A stretch of 64,000 nt of DNA from Gammaproteobacteria bacterium (GCA_041556855.1 JBFFHS010000006.1:819-64818), one strand, 5' to 3'; positions 9,665 through 19,160 are shown, counted from the first letter of the stretch. Made by a program: numbers and translations. Notes: generated by a model from the letters alone, not told the origin.

Positions 9665-10996
9665 ATGAAGATCGCTGCCGAGTCCCCGACTCTGGAAGCT
9701 ACCATTGTGGATCTGGCCCACGACGGTCGCGGGGTGGCCGACCTGGAGGGTAAACGGGTCTTCGTCGCGGACGCACTCCCCGGGGAGCGGGTCACGGTGC
9801 GGCGGGGCCGACGCCGGCGACGCGTTGAGGAAGCCCAGCTGGACACCGTGCTGACGGCTTCGCCGGACCGCGTCACGCCGCGCTGCGAGTACTTCGGCCG
9901 CTGCGGCGGCTGCGTGCTTCAGCACCTGGCGCCGACTGCCCAGCTCAAGGCAAAGGGCGCGCATGTGGCCCAAGTGCTGCAGCGCATCGGTGAGGTCAGC
10001 CCGGGACGCTGGCTGGATGCCGTGCCGGGCCCCTTATGGAACTACCGTCGGCGCGCTCGGCTGAGCGTGCGGTATGTGGCCGGAAAGGGCCGCGTTCTGG
10101 TCGGTTTTCGCGAACGGGGCAACTCATTCGTTGCTGATATGAGCCACTGCGCTGTGCTGGCTGAGCCGGTGGATCGGCTGGTAGGCCCCCTGGGACAGAT
10201 GATACTGGGCACCAGCTTGCGGGCGCGCCTGTCCCAGGTGGAAGTTGCCGTCGGCGAGGGTTCAACGGCGCTCGTGCTGCGGGTGCTGGACGAACCAAGC
10301 TCAGCAGATCTGGCCCGGTTCCACGCTTTCGCGAGGCAGCATGACGTGGATATTCTGCTGCAGCCCGGCGGTCCGGACAGCGTCATACCCCTGGACCCAG
10401 CCACGCTGCGACCGTTGTTCTATGAGCTGCCCGAGTTTGGGCTGCGGTTGGGTTTTGCGCCGCTGGACTTTGTTCAAGTGAATGGCCAGATCAACCGCGA
10501 GCTGGTGTCGCAGGTGCTGGCGCTGCTGCAGCCGACGCCCCAGGATAAGGTTCTGGATCTGTTTTGCGGGCTTGGCAACTTTGCCTTGCCCCTGGCGCGT
10601 CGTGCTGGCGAGGTGCTGGGAGTGGAGGGAATGGACAACCTGGTCCGGCGTGCCGACGACAACGCTGCGGCCAACGCCATCCACAATGCGCGCTTTGTTT
10701 GTGCCGATCTGACTCAGGCCGGTGCCGCGTTTGCCCGGGAGCACTGGGACCTCATGCTATTGGATCCGCCCCGCTCCGGTGCGGCCCAGGTGGTGGCCGA
10801 TATTCCGCGCATGGCGCCCCGTGCCATCGCCTATGTGTCCTGTCATCCTGCCACCCTGGCCCGCGATGCCCGCAGCCTGGTTCACGACTGCGGGTACCAG
10901 TTCACGGCCGCGGGCGTCCTGGATATGTTCCCCCATACCCACCACGTGGAAGTCATAGCCCTGTTCCACCACCCCTCGGCAACTCCTCACGGTTAG
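9665..10996 (+). CDS. rlmD: 23S rRNA (uracil1939-C5)-methyltransferase
   Basis: A TRAM-like N-terminus, the Fe-S cysteine cluster CEYFGRCGGCVLQH, the SAM motif LDLFCGLGNFALPLA and a C-terminal YVSC motif are present. ATG 9665 follows the upstream stop. Confidence 0.9.
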   Translation: MKIAAESPTLEATIVDLAHDGRGVADLEGKRVFVADALPGERVTVRRGRRRRRVEEAQLDTVLTASPDRVTPRCEYFGRCGGCVLQHLAPTAQLKAKGAHVAQVLQRIGEVSPGRWLDAVPGPLWNYRRRARLSVRYVAGKGRVLVGFRERGNSFVADMSHCAVLAEPVDRLVGPLGQMILGTSLRARLSQVEVAVGEGSTALVLRVLDEPSSADLARFHAFARQHDVDILLQPGGPDSVIPLDPATLRPLFYELPEFGLRLGFAPLDFVQVNGQINRELVSQVLALLQPTPQDKVLDLFCGLGNFALPLARRAGEVLGVEGMDNLVRRADDNAAANAIHNARFVCADLTQAGAAFAREHWDLMLLDPPRSGAAQVVADIPRMAPRAIAYVSCHPATLARDARSLVHDCGYQFTAAGVLDMFPHTHHVEVIALFHHPSATPHG

Positions 10997-11121
10997 ATGA
11001 CCCCTGGCTGAGCACCACCTGGCTGCTTCAGTTCACAGGCTCATGCCTTGCCATACATTAAAGAGGTTCCCGGCGATGTCAGTTGGGGCGGGAGCTGACC
11101 GTGCCGGGTTATGATGCCCGG

Positions 11122-11619
11122 ATGACGGCACAGGCCAACACCGGGACGCGCATTTTCGTCAGCCTGGAACGGCAGACGTTGACGTTGCAGGTGCCTGGGG
11201 GACGTGACCGGGAGTACCCTGTATCCACGGCGAGCGCTGGTGCTGGTGAGGAAGAGGGCAGCGGTTGCACGCCCCGCGGTGCTCATCAGGTGCGCGCCAA
11301 AATTGGCGCGGGACAGCCCCTGGGAACGGTGTTCCAGGCCCGGCGTCCCACGGGGGAGGTTTACACGCCCGACTTGGGCCGGGCTTTTCCCGACCGGGAT
11401 TGGATCCTGACGCGAATTCTGTGGCTGTCGGGCCTGGAGCCCGGGCGCAATCGATTGGGCAGGGTGGATAGCATGCGCCGCTTTATCTACATTCATGGCA
11501 CGCCTGACTCTGAACCAATGGGTGAACCCCGTTCCCATGGCTGTATTCGCATGACAAACCAGGACGTTGCCGATCTGTTCGATCGCGTTGCCGTGGGCAC
11601 GCGGGTCGACATCCAGTAG
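11122..11619 (+). CDS. YkuD (L,D-transpeptidase catalytic) domain protein without recognisable signal peptide
   Basis: The catalytic motif IHGTPDSEPMGEPRSHGCIRMTNQDVADLF is present. The alternative start at 11083 is also non-hydrophobic. Confidence 0.75.
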   Translation: MTAQANTGTRIFVSLERQTLTLQVPGGRDREYPVSTASAGAGEEEGSGCTPRGAHQVRAKIGAGQPLGTVFQARRPTGEVYTPDLGRAFPDRDWILTRILWLSGLEPGRNRLGRVDSMRRFIYIHGTPDSEPMGEPRSHGCIRMTNQDVADLFDRVAVGTRVDIQ

Positions 11620-11624
11620 CAGAC

Positions 11625-12668
11625 GTGTCTTTAGGGCCGCTAATGATCGACATCGCCGGGCTGAGCCTCGCGCCGGAGGAGCGGGAGTTGCTGGCTCATC
11701 CGCTGGTCGGCGGCGTGATTCTGTTTCGGCGCAATTTTGCGGACCCGGAACAGTTGAGTGCTCTGGTGGCCGAGATTCACGGGTTGCGCACGCCCGCACT
11801 GCTCGTGGCCGTGGATCAGGAGGGCGGCCGGGTGCAGCGCTTCGGCGAACCCTTCACGGTGTTGCCAGCCATGCGCGCGCTGGGGCATCAGTACGATGAG
11901 GACAGGGACGGCGCGTTGGCTACCGCCCGAGCTTTCGGGTGGTTGATGGCCGCCGAGCTGCGCGCGTGCGGCGTAGATCTGAGCTTTGCGCCTGTGGTGG
12001 ATGTCGACCATGGCATCTGCGAGGTCATTGGCGATCGGGCAGTGCATGAGCGCGCGACCGTGGTGGCGCGGCTGACTCGCCGCGTCATGGAAGGCATGGA
12101 TGCCGCCGGCATGGCGGCGACAGCAAAACATTTTCCCAGCCACGGCGGGGTAATTGCCGACTCCCACCTGGAAAGCGCCACCGATCGCCGCACTCTCGAG
12201 CAACTGGAAGAAGACTTAGAGCCCTATCGCCTTTTGATTGCCGCTGGTCTGCATGGGGTGATGATGGCCCATGTCATTTTCCCCGCGGTGGATCCCTTAC
12301 CCGCCAGTTTCTCCCGTTGGTGGATCGAGACCCAGCTGCGGGGTGAGCAGGGTTTTCTGGGGGCAGTGTTCTCTGACGATCTGTCCATGGTCGCGGCAAA
12401 AGCGCTGGGTGATCCGGTAGAGCGCAGCCGGGCAGCATTGGCCGCCGGCTGCGACATGATCCTGATCTGCAACGCGCCGGAAACGGTGCCACCGGTTGTA
12501 GAGGCGCTGAAGGGCTACTCCAATCCGCCGAGTCAGCTGCGGCTGATGCGACTGCGGGGGCGGGGCGAGCTGCACTGGGAGACGCTGCACCAGGATCGCC
12601 AGTGGCGCGTCGCCCACAGCACTGTCAGCCATCTGTTCGATCCCCCCAGCCTGAAACTGGAAGGCTAA
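11625..12668 (+). CDS. nagZ: beta-N-acetylhexosaminidase (peptidoglycan recycling)
   Basis: LGPLMIDIAGLSLAPEERELLAHPLVGGVILFRRNF, AVDQEGGRVQRF and KHFPSHGG motifs place it in GH3 NagZ. Confidence 0.92.
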   Translation: MSLGPLMIDIAGLSLAPEERELLAHPLVGGVILFRRNFADPEQLSALVAEIHGLRTPALLVAVDQEGGRVQRFGEPFTVLPAMRALGHQYDEDRDGALATARAFGWLMAAELRACGVDLSFAPVVDVDHGICEVIGDRAVHERATVVARLTRRVMEGMDAAGMAATAKHFPSHGGVIADSHLESATDRRTLEQLEEDLEPYRLLIAAGLHGVMMAHVIFPAVDPLPASFSRWWIETQLRGEQGFLGAVFSDDLSMVAAKALGDPVERSRAALAAGCDMILICNAPETVPPVVEALKGYSNPPSQLRLMRLRGRGELHWETLHQDRQWRVAHSTVSHLFDPPSLKLEG

Positions 12669-12676
12669 GTGGTCTT

Positions 12677-13435
12677 GTGAGCGATGCCCTGGGTTTGATC
12701 GTGGGTAGCGGTTTCGACCGATTGGGTTTCTCCGTCGTGGATCGGCTCGCGGTTGTCACGCCTTATGGACCACCATCGGATGCGCTGCTGCGAGTGGTTA
12801 TCGGCGGCACCGAATTGTGGTGCCTGCCGCGCCATGGGCAGCGTCACCATCTGCCGCCCCACGCCGTCAATTATCGGGCCAACATATGGGCGCTGCGCCA
12901 GGCGGGCGTCGCCCGATGTGTGGCGCTGAACTGGGTGGGTACCATAGACCCCCGCTTCGAACCGGGCACCCTGGCCCTGCCCGATCAGTTGATCGACTAC
13001 ACAGCCGGTCGGGGTGGCACTTTTTTCGACGGGCTGAATGGGCGGGTGGAGCACGTGGACTTTACGACCCCCTTCAGTGAGGAGGTCCGCGCGCAACTGC
13101 TGAGCGCAGCCGCAAGCGCCGGCGTGGCCCTGCTGGACGGGGGCATCTATGGCGTGACCCAGGGGCCGCGCCTGGAGACGGCGGCCGAGGTTGACCGTTT
13201 GGCGCGTGATGGTTGCACCATGGTGGGCATGACGGCCATGCCGGAGGCCGTGCTTGCCCGCGAATTGGAGCTGGCCTACGGGCTGTGCGCCCTGGGCGTA
13301 AACCATGCGGCCGGCCGCTCCCCCACGGACGCTCCGATCCACGCCCAGCTGGAGGGCTTCTTTGCTCAGGGTCTGGAGCAGTTGCGGGCTCTGCTGGCCG
13401 CGCTGGCTGCGGCAGAACGTGACCGGCGTCCTTGA
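12677..13435 (+). CDS. MTAP-family purine nucleoside phosphorylase (S-methyl-5'-thioinosine/adenosine phosphorylase-like)
   Basis: LGLIVGSGF, RHGQRHHLPPHAVNYRANIWAL and MTAMPEAVLARELELAY motifs are present. GTG 12677 lies right after the nagZ stop. The same nagZ neighbour occurs in Pseudomonas (from memory). Confidence 0.8.
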   Translation: MSDALGLIVGSGFDRLGFSVVDRLAVVTPYGPPSDALLRVVIGGTELWCLPRHGQRHHLPPHAVNYRANIWALRQAGVARCVALNWVGTIDPRFEPGTLALPDQLIDYTAGRGGTFFDGLNGRVEHVDFTTPFSEEVRAQLLSAAASAGVALLDGGIYGVTQGPRLETAAEVDRLARDGCTMVGMTAMPEAVLARELELAYGLCALGVNHAAGRSPTDAPIHAQLEGFFAQGLEQLRALLAALAAAERDRRP

Positions 13436-13495
13436 CCGGAGCGCTGTCTGTACTCAGGATCGCTTGAACCTGATTCTGAGCTCAACGTTGACCTG

Positions 13496-14428
13496 ATGCC
13501 ACGCCTCAATCGCGCCATATTGGATAACATCGTCGCGCTCAGCGGCGAAGCGGTGCTGGTCGCTGACGTGCGCCAGACGGACACCCCCATCCTGTTCGCT
13601 AATCCCGCTTTCGCGGCGCTGGCGGGGGTGGAGCTTGACTCTGTGGCAGGCCGAGATTGGACGTTTTTCCTGGAACAGGCTGCCGCAGCAGATGAGCTGC
13701 GAGAGTTGGGCAATCAAGTTGTTGGCGGTACCGCGCGCCAGGCGGTGCTGGAGGGCACCCGCGAGGGCACGCGGTTTCAACTGACACTCCTGCCCTTGCC
13801 CGGCCGCCAGGGCAAGGTGAGCCACCTGCTGGTCCAGGTCAGCGAGACCGCGTTCCCGGAACCCGCATCGGCCGAAGTGAAGGTGGCCCTTCTGGAACGG
13901 GAGCTTGATCTGGCCCGGGAAGCCAACGACAAGTTGGCGCGCCGGGACCAGGACTCGGGATTGTTACGTTATAGCTATTTTCTGGAACTGGCCCAGCGGG
14001 ATTTTGCGTTGTGCAGCCGCCAGCGCCGTGAGCTGGCCGTGCTGACTTTTACCGTGCGCGAGTTCGACGTCTACCGGGAGACCTTCGGCGATAAGGCGGC
14101 TCAGTCGTGTCTACGCATGGTTGGCGGTCGCATCGCCGGCGCTTTGCGGCGGGCCAGTGATCTATGCGCGCGCCTGGACGAGGCGAGCTTTGTCGCGTTG
14201 GTCACAGGCCAAAATCAGGAACAGGTCGAGGCCTTCGCCGAAGAGATCGCTCAGCAGGTGCGCCGCCTGGCACTCCATCATCCCCGTGCCCATGGCGAGC
14301 GCTGCGTCACGTGCGCCGTGGGCGTGCAGGTCGGCGTGCCCACTGCGGCGGACTGTGCAGAATCGTTCGTGCTGGCTGCCCGAGGGACGCACCTGGACGC
14401 TGGCTACGTGGGCCAGTCCGCCGCCTAA
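13496..14428 (+). CDS. PAS (LOV-like) plus degenerate GGDEF domain signalling protein
   Basis: The N-terminal PAS pattern is ILFANPAFAALAGVELDSVAGRDWTFFLEQ. The C-terminal GGDEF-fold region is RRELAVLTFTVREFDVYRETFGDKAAQSCL...RRASDLCARLDEASFVAL, with DEASF in place of GG(D/E)EF. Confidence 0.8.
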   Translation: MPRLNRAILDNIVALSGEAVLVADVRQTDTPILFANPAFAALAGVELDSVAGRDWTFFLEQAAAADELRELGNQVVGGTARQAVLEGTREGTRFQLTLLPLPGRQGKVSHLLVQVSETAFPEPASAEVKVALLERELDLAREANDKLARRDQDSGLLRYSYFLELAQRDFALCSRQRRELAVLTFTVREFDVYRETFGDKAAQSCLRMVGGRIAGALRRASDLCARLDEASFVALVTGQNQEQVEAFAEEIAQQVRRLALHHPRAHGERCVTCAVGVQVGVPTAADCAESFVLAARGTHLDAGYVGQSAA

Positions 14429-15294
14429 CTGGACTGGTCGGTTGTGGTCGGCGGGGGCGGGCGCCGCTGCGGCAGGGTGGTCAGATCCAGTTCCGTGAGA
14501 TCCGGCAGCGGTTCCGGGGTGATCTGCACCAGAACACCGAAGGCAGGGTGATCGAAGAAGTGCAGCTCCCCACTGCGCAGGCGGCGCGCCTCGGCGATCT
14601 GAAAACGCGGTCCCCGCGTGTCCGCCGGCACGCTGGACCAGAGCGGCTCGGTGACGTTTTCAGGGGGACTTTCAGGCGGCAGGTACTCCAGATCGACCCG
14701 GATGTGTAAAAAACGGCTCCGATGCAAGGTGAGCGTGCCTGCCACGGGTGTGGTGCTGTCGATGATCGCGATGTCAAAGGGTTTGGCGCGTTCCTCGGGA
14801 TAGCCTTCTTGAACCCAACCGCCGTGGAACAAGGGAGTGTATGCAGATAGCCGTTCGAGGGTATCCCAGGCGTCATTCAAACTGAGGTTCTCCGCTGCCA
14901 GCAGTTCAAAGCGGAACTCGTCTTCAACGGCGTCCTCGCTCGTATCGGCCTCCGCATCGACCTCTGCATCGGCGTCCGGACCGACCGGCTCCGCCGGCAG
15001 CGCTGGTGGTGTCGGCTGTTCATCAGAATCGGTCATCGGGTCCGGCACGGGCTGTTGCCCTTCGGGGGGCAGCGGGTCGGCCAGCGGGTCGCTGCGCGGC
15101 GTAAAGCTCTCGGACGTGCTTGTGGCGCCGCCCTCGTTGCTGAACACCAGCAGTTCAACGTAGTAGCGGGGCAGCGTTTCAATCGGTTCGCTATCGCCCG
15201 CGGCCTGCTCTGGCGCCTGCTGAGCGCTGAGGGTCATGGCCCACAGAGCTGTAGCTAGGGCTAAGGAGAAACGCGGATCGGCAGGACCTTTCAT
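14425..15294 (-). CDS. CsiV-like periplasmic peptidoglycan-binding protein
   Basis: The signal peptide MKGPADPRFSLALATALWAMTLSAQQ, RYYVELLVFSN, an acidic low-complexity middle and the C-terminal RRLRSGELHFFDHPAFGVLVQITP match my recollection of the CsiV family. It lies 14 nt downstream of mfd. Confidence 0.6.
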   Translation of the reverse strand: MKGPADPRFSLALATALWAMTLSAQQAPEQAAGDSEPIETLPRYYVELLVFSNEGGATSTSESFTPRSDPLADPLPPEGQQPVPDPMTDSDEQPTPPALPAEPVGPDADAEVDAEADTSEDAVEDEFRFELLAAENLSLNDAWDTLERLSAYTPLFHGGWVQEGYPEERAKPFDIAIIDSTTPVAGTLTLHRSRFLHIRVDLEYLPPESPPENVTEPLWSSVPADTRGPRFQIAEARRLRSGELHFFDHPAFGVLVQITPEPLPDLTELDLTTLPQRRPPPPTTTDQSS

Positions 15295-15308
15295 CGTCCC
15301 ATTGTAAG

Positions 15309-18300
15309 CTATGCGGCGCTGGCAGATGCAGCGGCAGGCGCCAGCCGGTCCAGTAGCTCGTTTAGGTTTGCTATGCGTTGGGCGGGGTCGTCCAGCTGCC
15401 AACGGATGCGCAGCTTGTACGGTCCGTCCAGCTGGTAAACTTCGGGCTCCTGCTCCACCAGGTCCACTAGCGCGATCGGGTCCAGGGCAGTTCGCTCGCC
15501 GAACTGTAAGAAGCCACCCTGAGCGCCGGCTTCGATCTTCTCCAAGCCAATTCCCTGGGCTTTGAGCTTCAGTCCCGTAATCGCAAAAAGGTTGCGAGTC
15601 GGCCTGGGGATCAGGCCGAACCGGTCAATGAGCTGGATCTGGATATCATGCAGTGCGCGCTTTGAATCCGCCGAGGCAATACGCTTGTACTGCACCAGGC
15701 GCATATGCACATCAGGCATGTAATCCTCGGGAATCAAGGCTGCGATCCCCAGGTTGATCTCCGGCCCATGATCCAACGGTGCAAGCAGAGCGGGTTCGTT
15801 GCCCGCTTTCAAGGCGCTCACGGCTCGCCCCAGCAACTCGTTGTAGAGCGTAAAGCCGATCTGCTGGATCTGGCCTGACTGTTCCTCGCCCAGAAGTTCT
15901 CCCGCACCCCGGATTTCCAGATCGTGGGTTGCCAGCGTAAAGCCTGCCCCCAGCGTTTCGAGGGCTTCAATCGCTTCCAGGCGCTTGACGGCGTCCGGCG
16001 TGAGCGCGTGCTTCGGCGGCGCGATCAGGTAAGCGTAGGCCTGATGGTGGGAGCGGCCGACTCGCCCCCTGAGTTGATGCAGCTGGGCCAGCCCAAAATG
16101 GTTGGCGCGGTTGATAATGATGGTATTGGCGCTGGGCACGTCGATGCCGCTCTCAATGATCGTGGTGCAGACCAAGACATCGAAACGCCGGTGATAGAAG
16201 TCCACCATCACCTTCTCCAAGTCGCGCTCCGACATCCGCCCGTGACCAATGCGCACGCTGGCTTCAGGCACCAGCTCGCCGACTTTGCGAGCCAGCTCAT
16301 CAATGTTTTCGATCTTGTCGTTGACCAGGTAAACCTGGCCGCCGCGCCGGATCTCCCGCAACAGTGCTTCCCGTATCAGGCCAAGATTCCAGTCCGTGAC
16401 AAAGGTCTTGACTGCCAGGCGCTCGGCCGGCGGCGTCGCGATCAGGGAGAGCTCGCGCAGTCCGCCCAGGGCCATGTTCAGGGTCCGCGGGATGGGCGTG
16501 GCCGTAAGGGTGAGCAGGTCCACATCGGCACGCAGCTTTTTCAGTGCTTCCTTGTGGCGTACGCCGAAACGGTGTTCCTCGTCGATAATCACCAGGCCGA
16601 GACGTCTGAACCTGACGCGGTTTTGCAGCAGCTTGTGGGTACCGATGACGATGTCTATCCGACCGTCCTGGATGCCGTCCAGCACCTGGCTGGTTTGTTT
16701 GCCAGTGCGAAAGCGGGAGAGCAGCTCGATCTCGACAGGCCAATCAGCGAAACGATCACGGAAGGTATTGAAATGCTGCTGAGCCAGCAGGGTAGTGGGC
16801 ACCAGAACGGCGACCTGGAAGCCGGCCTCAACGGCTAGGAACGCCGCCCGCAGGGCTACCTCCGTCTTGCCGAAGCCCACATCACCGCAGACTACCCGGT
16901 CCATGGGCGTTTCCTGGGACATGTCGCCGATAACTTGTTCAATGGCGTGCAGCTGATCATCGGTTTCCTCGAAGGGAAAACCGAGCCGGAAGCGGCTGTA
17001 AGCATCCTCGTCGATCACAAACCGGGTTCCCCGGCGGGCGGCCCGCCGAGCGTAGAGGTCAAGCAGCTCAGCAGCCACGTCGCGGATCTTCTCGGCGGCG
17101 CGCCGGCGCGCCTTGGCCCATTGATCGGTGCCCAGCTTGTGGAGCGGCGCGTGTTCCGGTGCAGCTCCCGTATAGCGCGAGATCAGGTGAAGGTTATGTA
17201 CGGGGACATAAAGCTTATCGCCGTCGGCATACTCTAACGTCAGAAATTCGGTGGCGACGCCGTCCACCTCCAGACTGCGCAGGCCCAGATAGCGCCCGAC
17301 ACCGTACTCTTCGTGAACAACAGGGGCACCGATCTCCAGGTCGGTCAGCTCGCGGATCACTGCGTCCGGTTCCCGATGGGCCCGGCGCCGGCGGCTGGTG
17401 CGAGCGCGGTCGGCGAACAGCTGGTGCTCGGTGATCAGACTGAGGGGCGGGTTTTCAAGCCGCAATCCTTCGGCCATGTTCCCCAGCGTGATCGCCAGCT
17501 CCTGGTCGGTACGGACGAAGTCGGCCCACCCTGTTATCAATGCAGGTTGCTGCGCCCGGCGGCTCAGCATGTCTCGGATCAGCTCCCGTCGGCCCGGGGT
17601 TTCAGCCACGATCAGCACGCGTCCGGCAGCAGCGGCCCCACTCAGTAGCCCATCTACGGCGCTGCCTTCACCCTGAGTGGTTCCAGTAGCACTGAGACGT
17701 TGGGGATAGCCGCTACCGAAGTTGCGGAATGGCCGGGATTCAGCTTTGCCGGTCACCTCTGCCCGCTGGACTGTGATGTGCCGAAAGGATTGCAGCGCCG
17801 TGTCCAGAGCAGCCGGCGCATGAAACGCAAGTTCGGGCGGCAGGCAGGGCCGGTGCCGGTCTACGCTGAGCTGCTCATAGCGCTCCTGTATGACGTTCCA
17901 GGTGCGCAGTCGGGCGGCGGCGGCATCCTCAGTGCTGATCACCACTGTGTCGGTTGGCAGGTAATCCAGCAGTGTCGCGCTGGTCGTGAAGAATAGCGGT
18001 AGAAAGTACTCGATGCCGGCCGGCATGCGGCCTTCGGACACTTCTCGATAGACGCTGCTTTTAGCTGGGTCTATGGGAAACTGGTGGCGGAAGTTTTCCC
18101 GAAACAGCCGGATCCCCGCCGCATCGGTGGGGAATTCCCGGGCGGGCAGAATCCGAAGCTCCTCGACGCGGTCGGTGGACAACTGAGTCTGAGCGTCGAA
18201 GATTCTCAGGCCCTCGATCTCGTCGTCAAACAGATCCACGCGCACGGGGTCCGAGCTACCGGCCGGGAACAGGTCCATCAGAGCGCCGCGCACGGCGAAC

Positions 18301-18815
18301 TCGCCGTGCTCGACCACTTTGGGGACCTGCACGTAGCCATGCCCGATCAATTGCCGGCGCATCTCGCTCAGATCGATGCGTTGCCCGACCGCCAATAGCA
18401 GGCTGCGGCTAACCACATAGTCGGGCGGCGGCAGACGATGGGTCAGGCTGTCGCCGTTGGCCACCAGGATCAGGGGCTGTCCCTGGCTGAGCCGATACAA
18501 AACAGCCAGCCGTTCGGCGACCAGTTCCGGGTGGGGAGAGAAAGGATCGTAGGGAAGCGTTTCGTAGTCGGGCAGCAGTGCCGCCGGGAGATCCGGCGCG
18601 AAAAAGCGAATTTCATGGGTGAGATCTTCCGCCTCGCGGGCTGATCCGGTGAGGATCAGCATATGATCCCCGCCGGCGCGGTAGGCCGAGGTGACAGCCA
18701 GCCCCCGGGCGCAGCCGTAGAGCTGTCCCCAGACAACATTCGGTTGCTCCCTCGAGGGCAGCAGAGGCGGTGGTAACAGTGAGCTCACGGTGGCCGGAAT
18801 CAGGCAAACGCCCAT
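15309..18815 (-). CDS. mfd: transcription-repair coupling factor
   Basis: 1168 aa, with a UvrB-homology N-terminus, a CarD-like domain (GAPVVHEEYGVGRYLGL) and helicase motifs GDVGFGKTEVALRAAF, DEEHRFG and QLRGRVGRS. Confidence 0.97.
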   Translation of the reverse strand: MGVCLIPATVSSLLPPPLLPSREQPNVVWGQLYGCARGLAVTSAYRAGGDHMLILTGSAREAEDLTHEIRFFAPDLPAALLPDYETLPYDPFSPHPELVAERLAVLYRLSQGQPLILVANGDSLTHRLPPPDYVVSRSLLLAVGQRIDLSEMRRQLIGHGYVQVPKVVEHGEFAVRGALMDLFPAGSSDPVRVDLFDDEIEGLRIFDAQTQLSTDRVEELRILPAREFPTDAAGIRLFRENFRHQFPIDPAKSSVYREVSEGRMPAGIEYFLPLFFTTSATLLDYLPTDTVVISTEDAAAARLRTWNVIQERYEQLSVDRHRPCLPPELAFHAPAALDTALQSFRHITVQRAEVTGKAESRPFRNFGSGYPQRLSATGTTQGEGSAVDGLLSGAAAAGRVLIVAETPGRRELIRDMLSRRAQQPALITGWADFVRTDQELAITLGNMAEGLRLENPPLSLITEHQLFADRARTSRRRRAHREPDAVIRELTDLEIGAPVVHEEYGVGRYLGLRSLEVDGVATEFLTLEYADGDKLYVPVHNLHLISRYTGAAPEHAPLHKLGTDQWAKARRRAAEKIRDVAAELLDLYARRAARRGTRFVIDEDAYSRFRLGFPFEETDDQLHAIEQVIGDMSQETPMDRVVCGDVGFGKTEVALRAAFLAVEAGFQVAVLVPTTLLAQQHFNTFRDRFADWPVEIELLSRFRTGKQTSQVLDGIQDGRIDIVIGTHKLLQNRVRFRRLGLVIIDEEHRFGVRHKEALKKLRADVDLLTLTATPIPRTLNMALGGLRELSLIATPPAERLAVKTFVTDWNLGLIREALLREIRRGGQVYLVNDKIENIDELARKVGELVPEASVRIGHGRMSERDLEKVMVDFYHRRFDVLVCTTIIESGIDVPSANTIIINRANHFGLAQLHQLRGRVGRSHHQAYAYLIAPPKHALTPDAVKRLEAIEALETLGAGFTLATHDLEIRGAGELLGEEQSGQIQQIGFTLYNELLGRAVSALKAGNEPALLAPLDHGPEINLGIAALIPEDYMPDVHMRLVQYKRIASADSKRALHDIQIQLIDRFGLIPRPTRNLFAITGLKLKAQGIGLEKIEAGAQGGFLQFGERTALDPIALVDLVEQEPEVYQLDGPYKLRIRWQLDDPAQRIANLNELLDRLAPAAASASAA

Positions 18816-18881
18816 TATCCCACAGGCGAGTGACTCCTCACTGCAAGAGCCTGGGCCGGGTTGGGCAAGCCCGCGGTAACG

Positions 18882-19160
18882 CTAGCGCTTCTGAACGGCG
18901 TGGATAACGAGCCGATACTCGAAATACACCGTAAAATCCGCATACTCCCAGCGTGTAATGGGGGGTTCACCGACGGCGTTTGCTCGGGTGAGGGGCGCAC
19001 CGAAGCGAGCCTCCACACGGTCCATGCTCATGCCGCGGGTCGGGCGCGTGTCAGCGGTGTCGCGGTGGGTATCCAGCTCGTCGAGCAGCAGGGTGTCGGC
19101 GTGGCCAGCGGTGATGGCCGCCAGGCAGAGCGCGGCTAGGGTGGTTGTGAACAAACGCAT
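18882..19160 (-). CDS. small secreted hypothetical protein
   Basis: Internal ATG 19160 gives MRLFTTTLAALCLAAITAGHA, a signal-peptide-like N-terminus. The remainder is RGMSMDRVEARFGAPLTRANAVGEPPITRWEYADFTVYFEYRLVIHAV. It lies 66 nt upstream of mfd on the same strand. Confidence 0.55.
   Translation of the reverse strand: MRLFTTTLAALCLAAITAGHADTLLLDELDTHRDTADTRPTRGMSMDRVEARFGAPLTRANAVGEPPITRWEYADFTVYFEYRLVIHAVQKR

Noticed and set aside
15924-16838. This 304-aa plus-strand ORF lies antisense within mfd. Other antisense ORFs behave the same way, e.g. 56174..57355 in clpA, 61694..62659 in ftsK, 41623..42240 in ldt, 27126..27887 in exbB and 3023..3790 in lepA.
   Set aside because: All lie fully inside confidently identified genes on the other strand and have shadow-frame composition. 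There is no independent support from an RBS, motifs or intergenic context.
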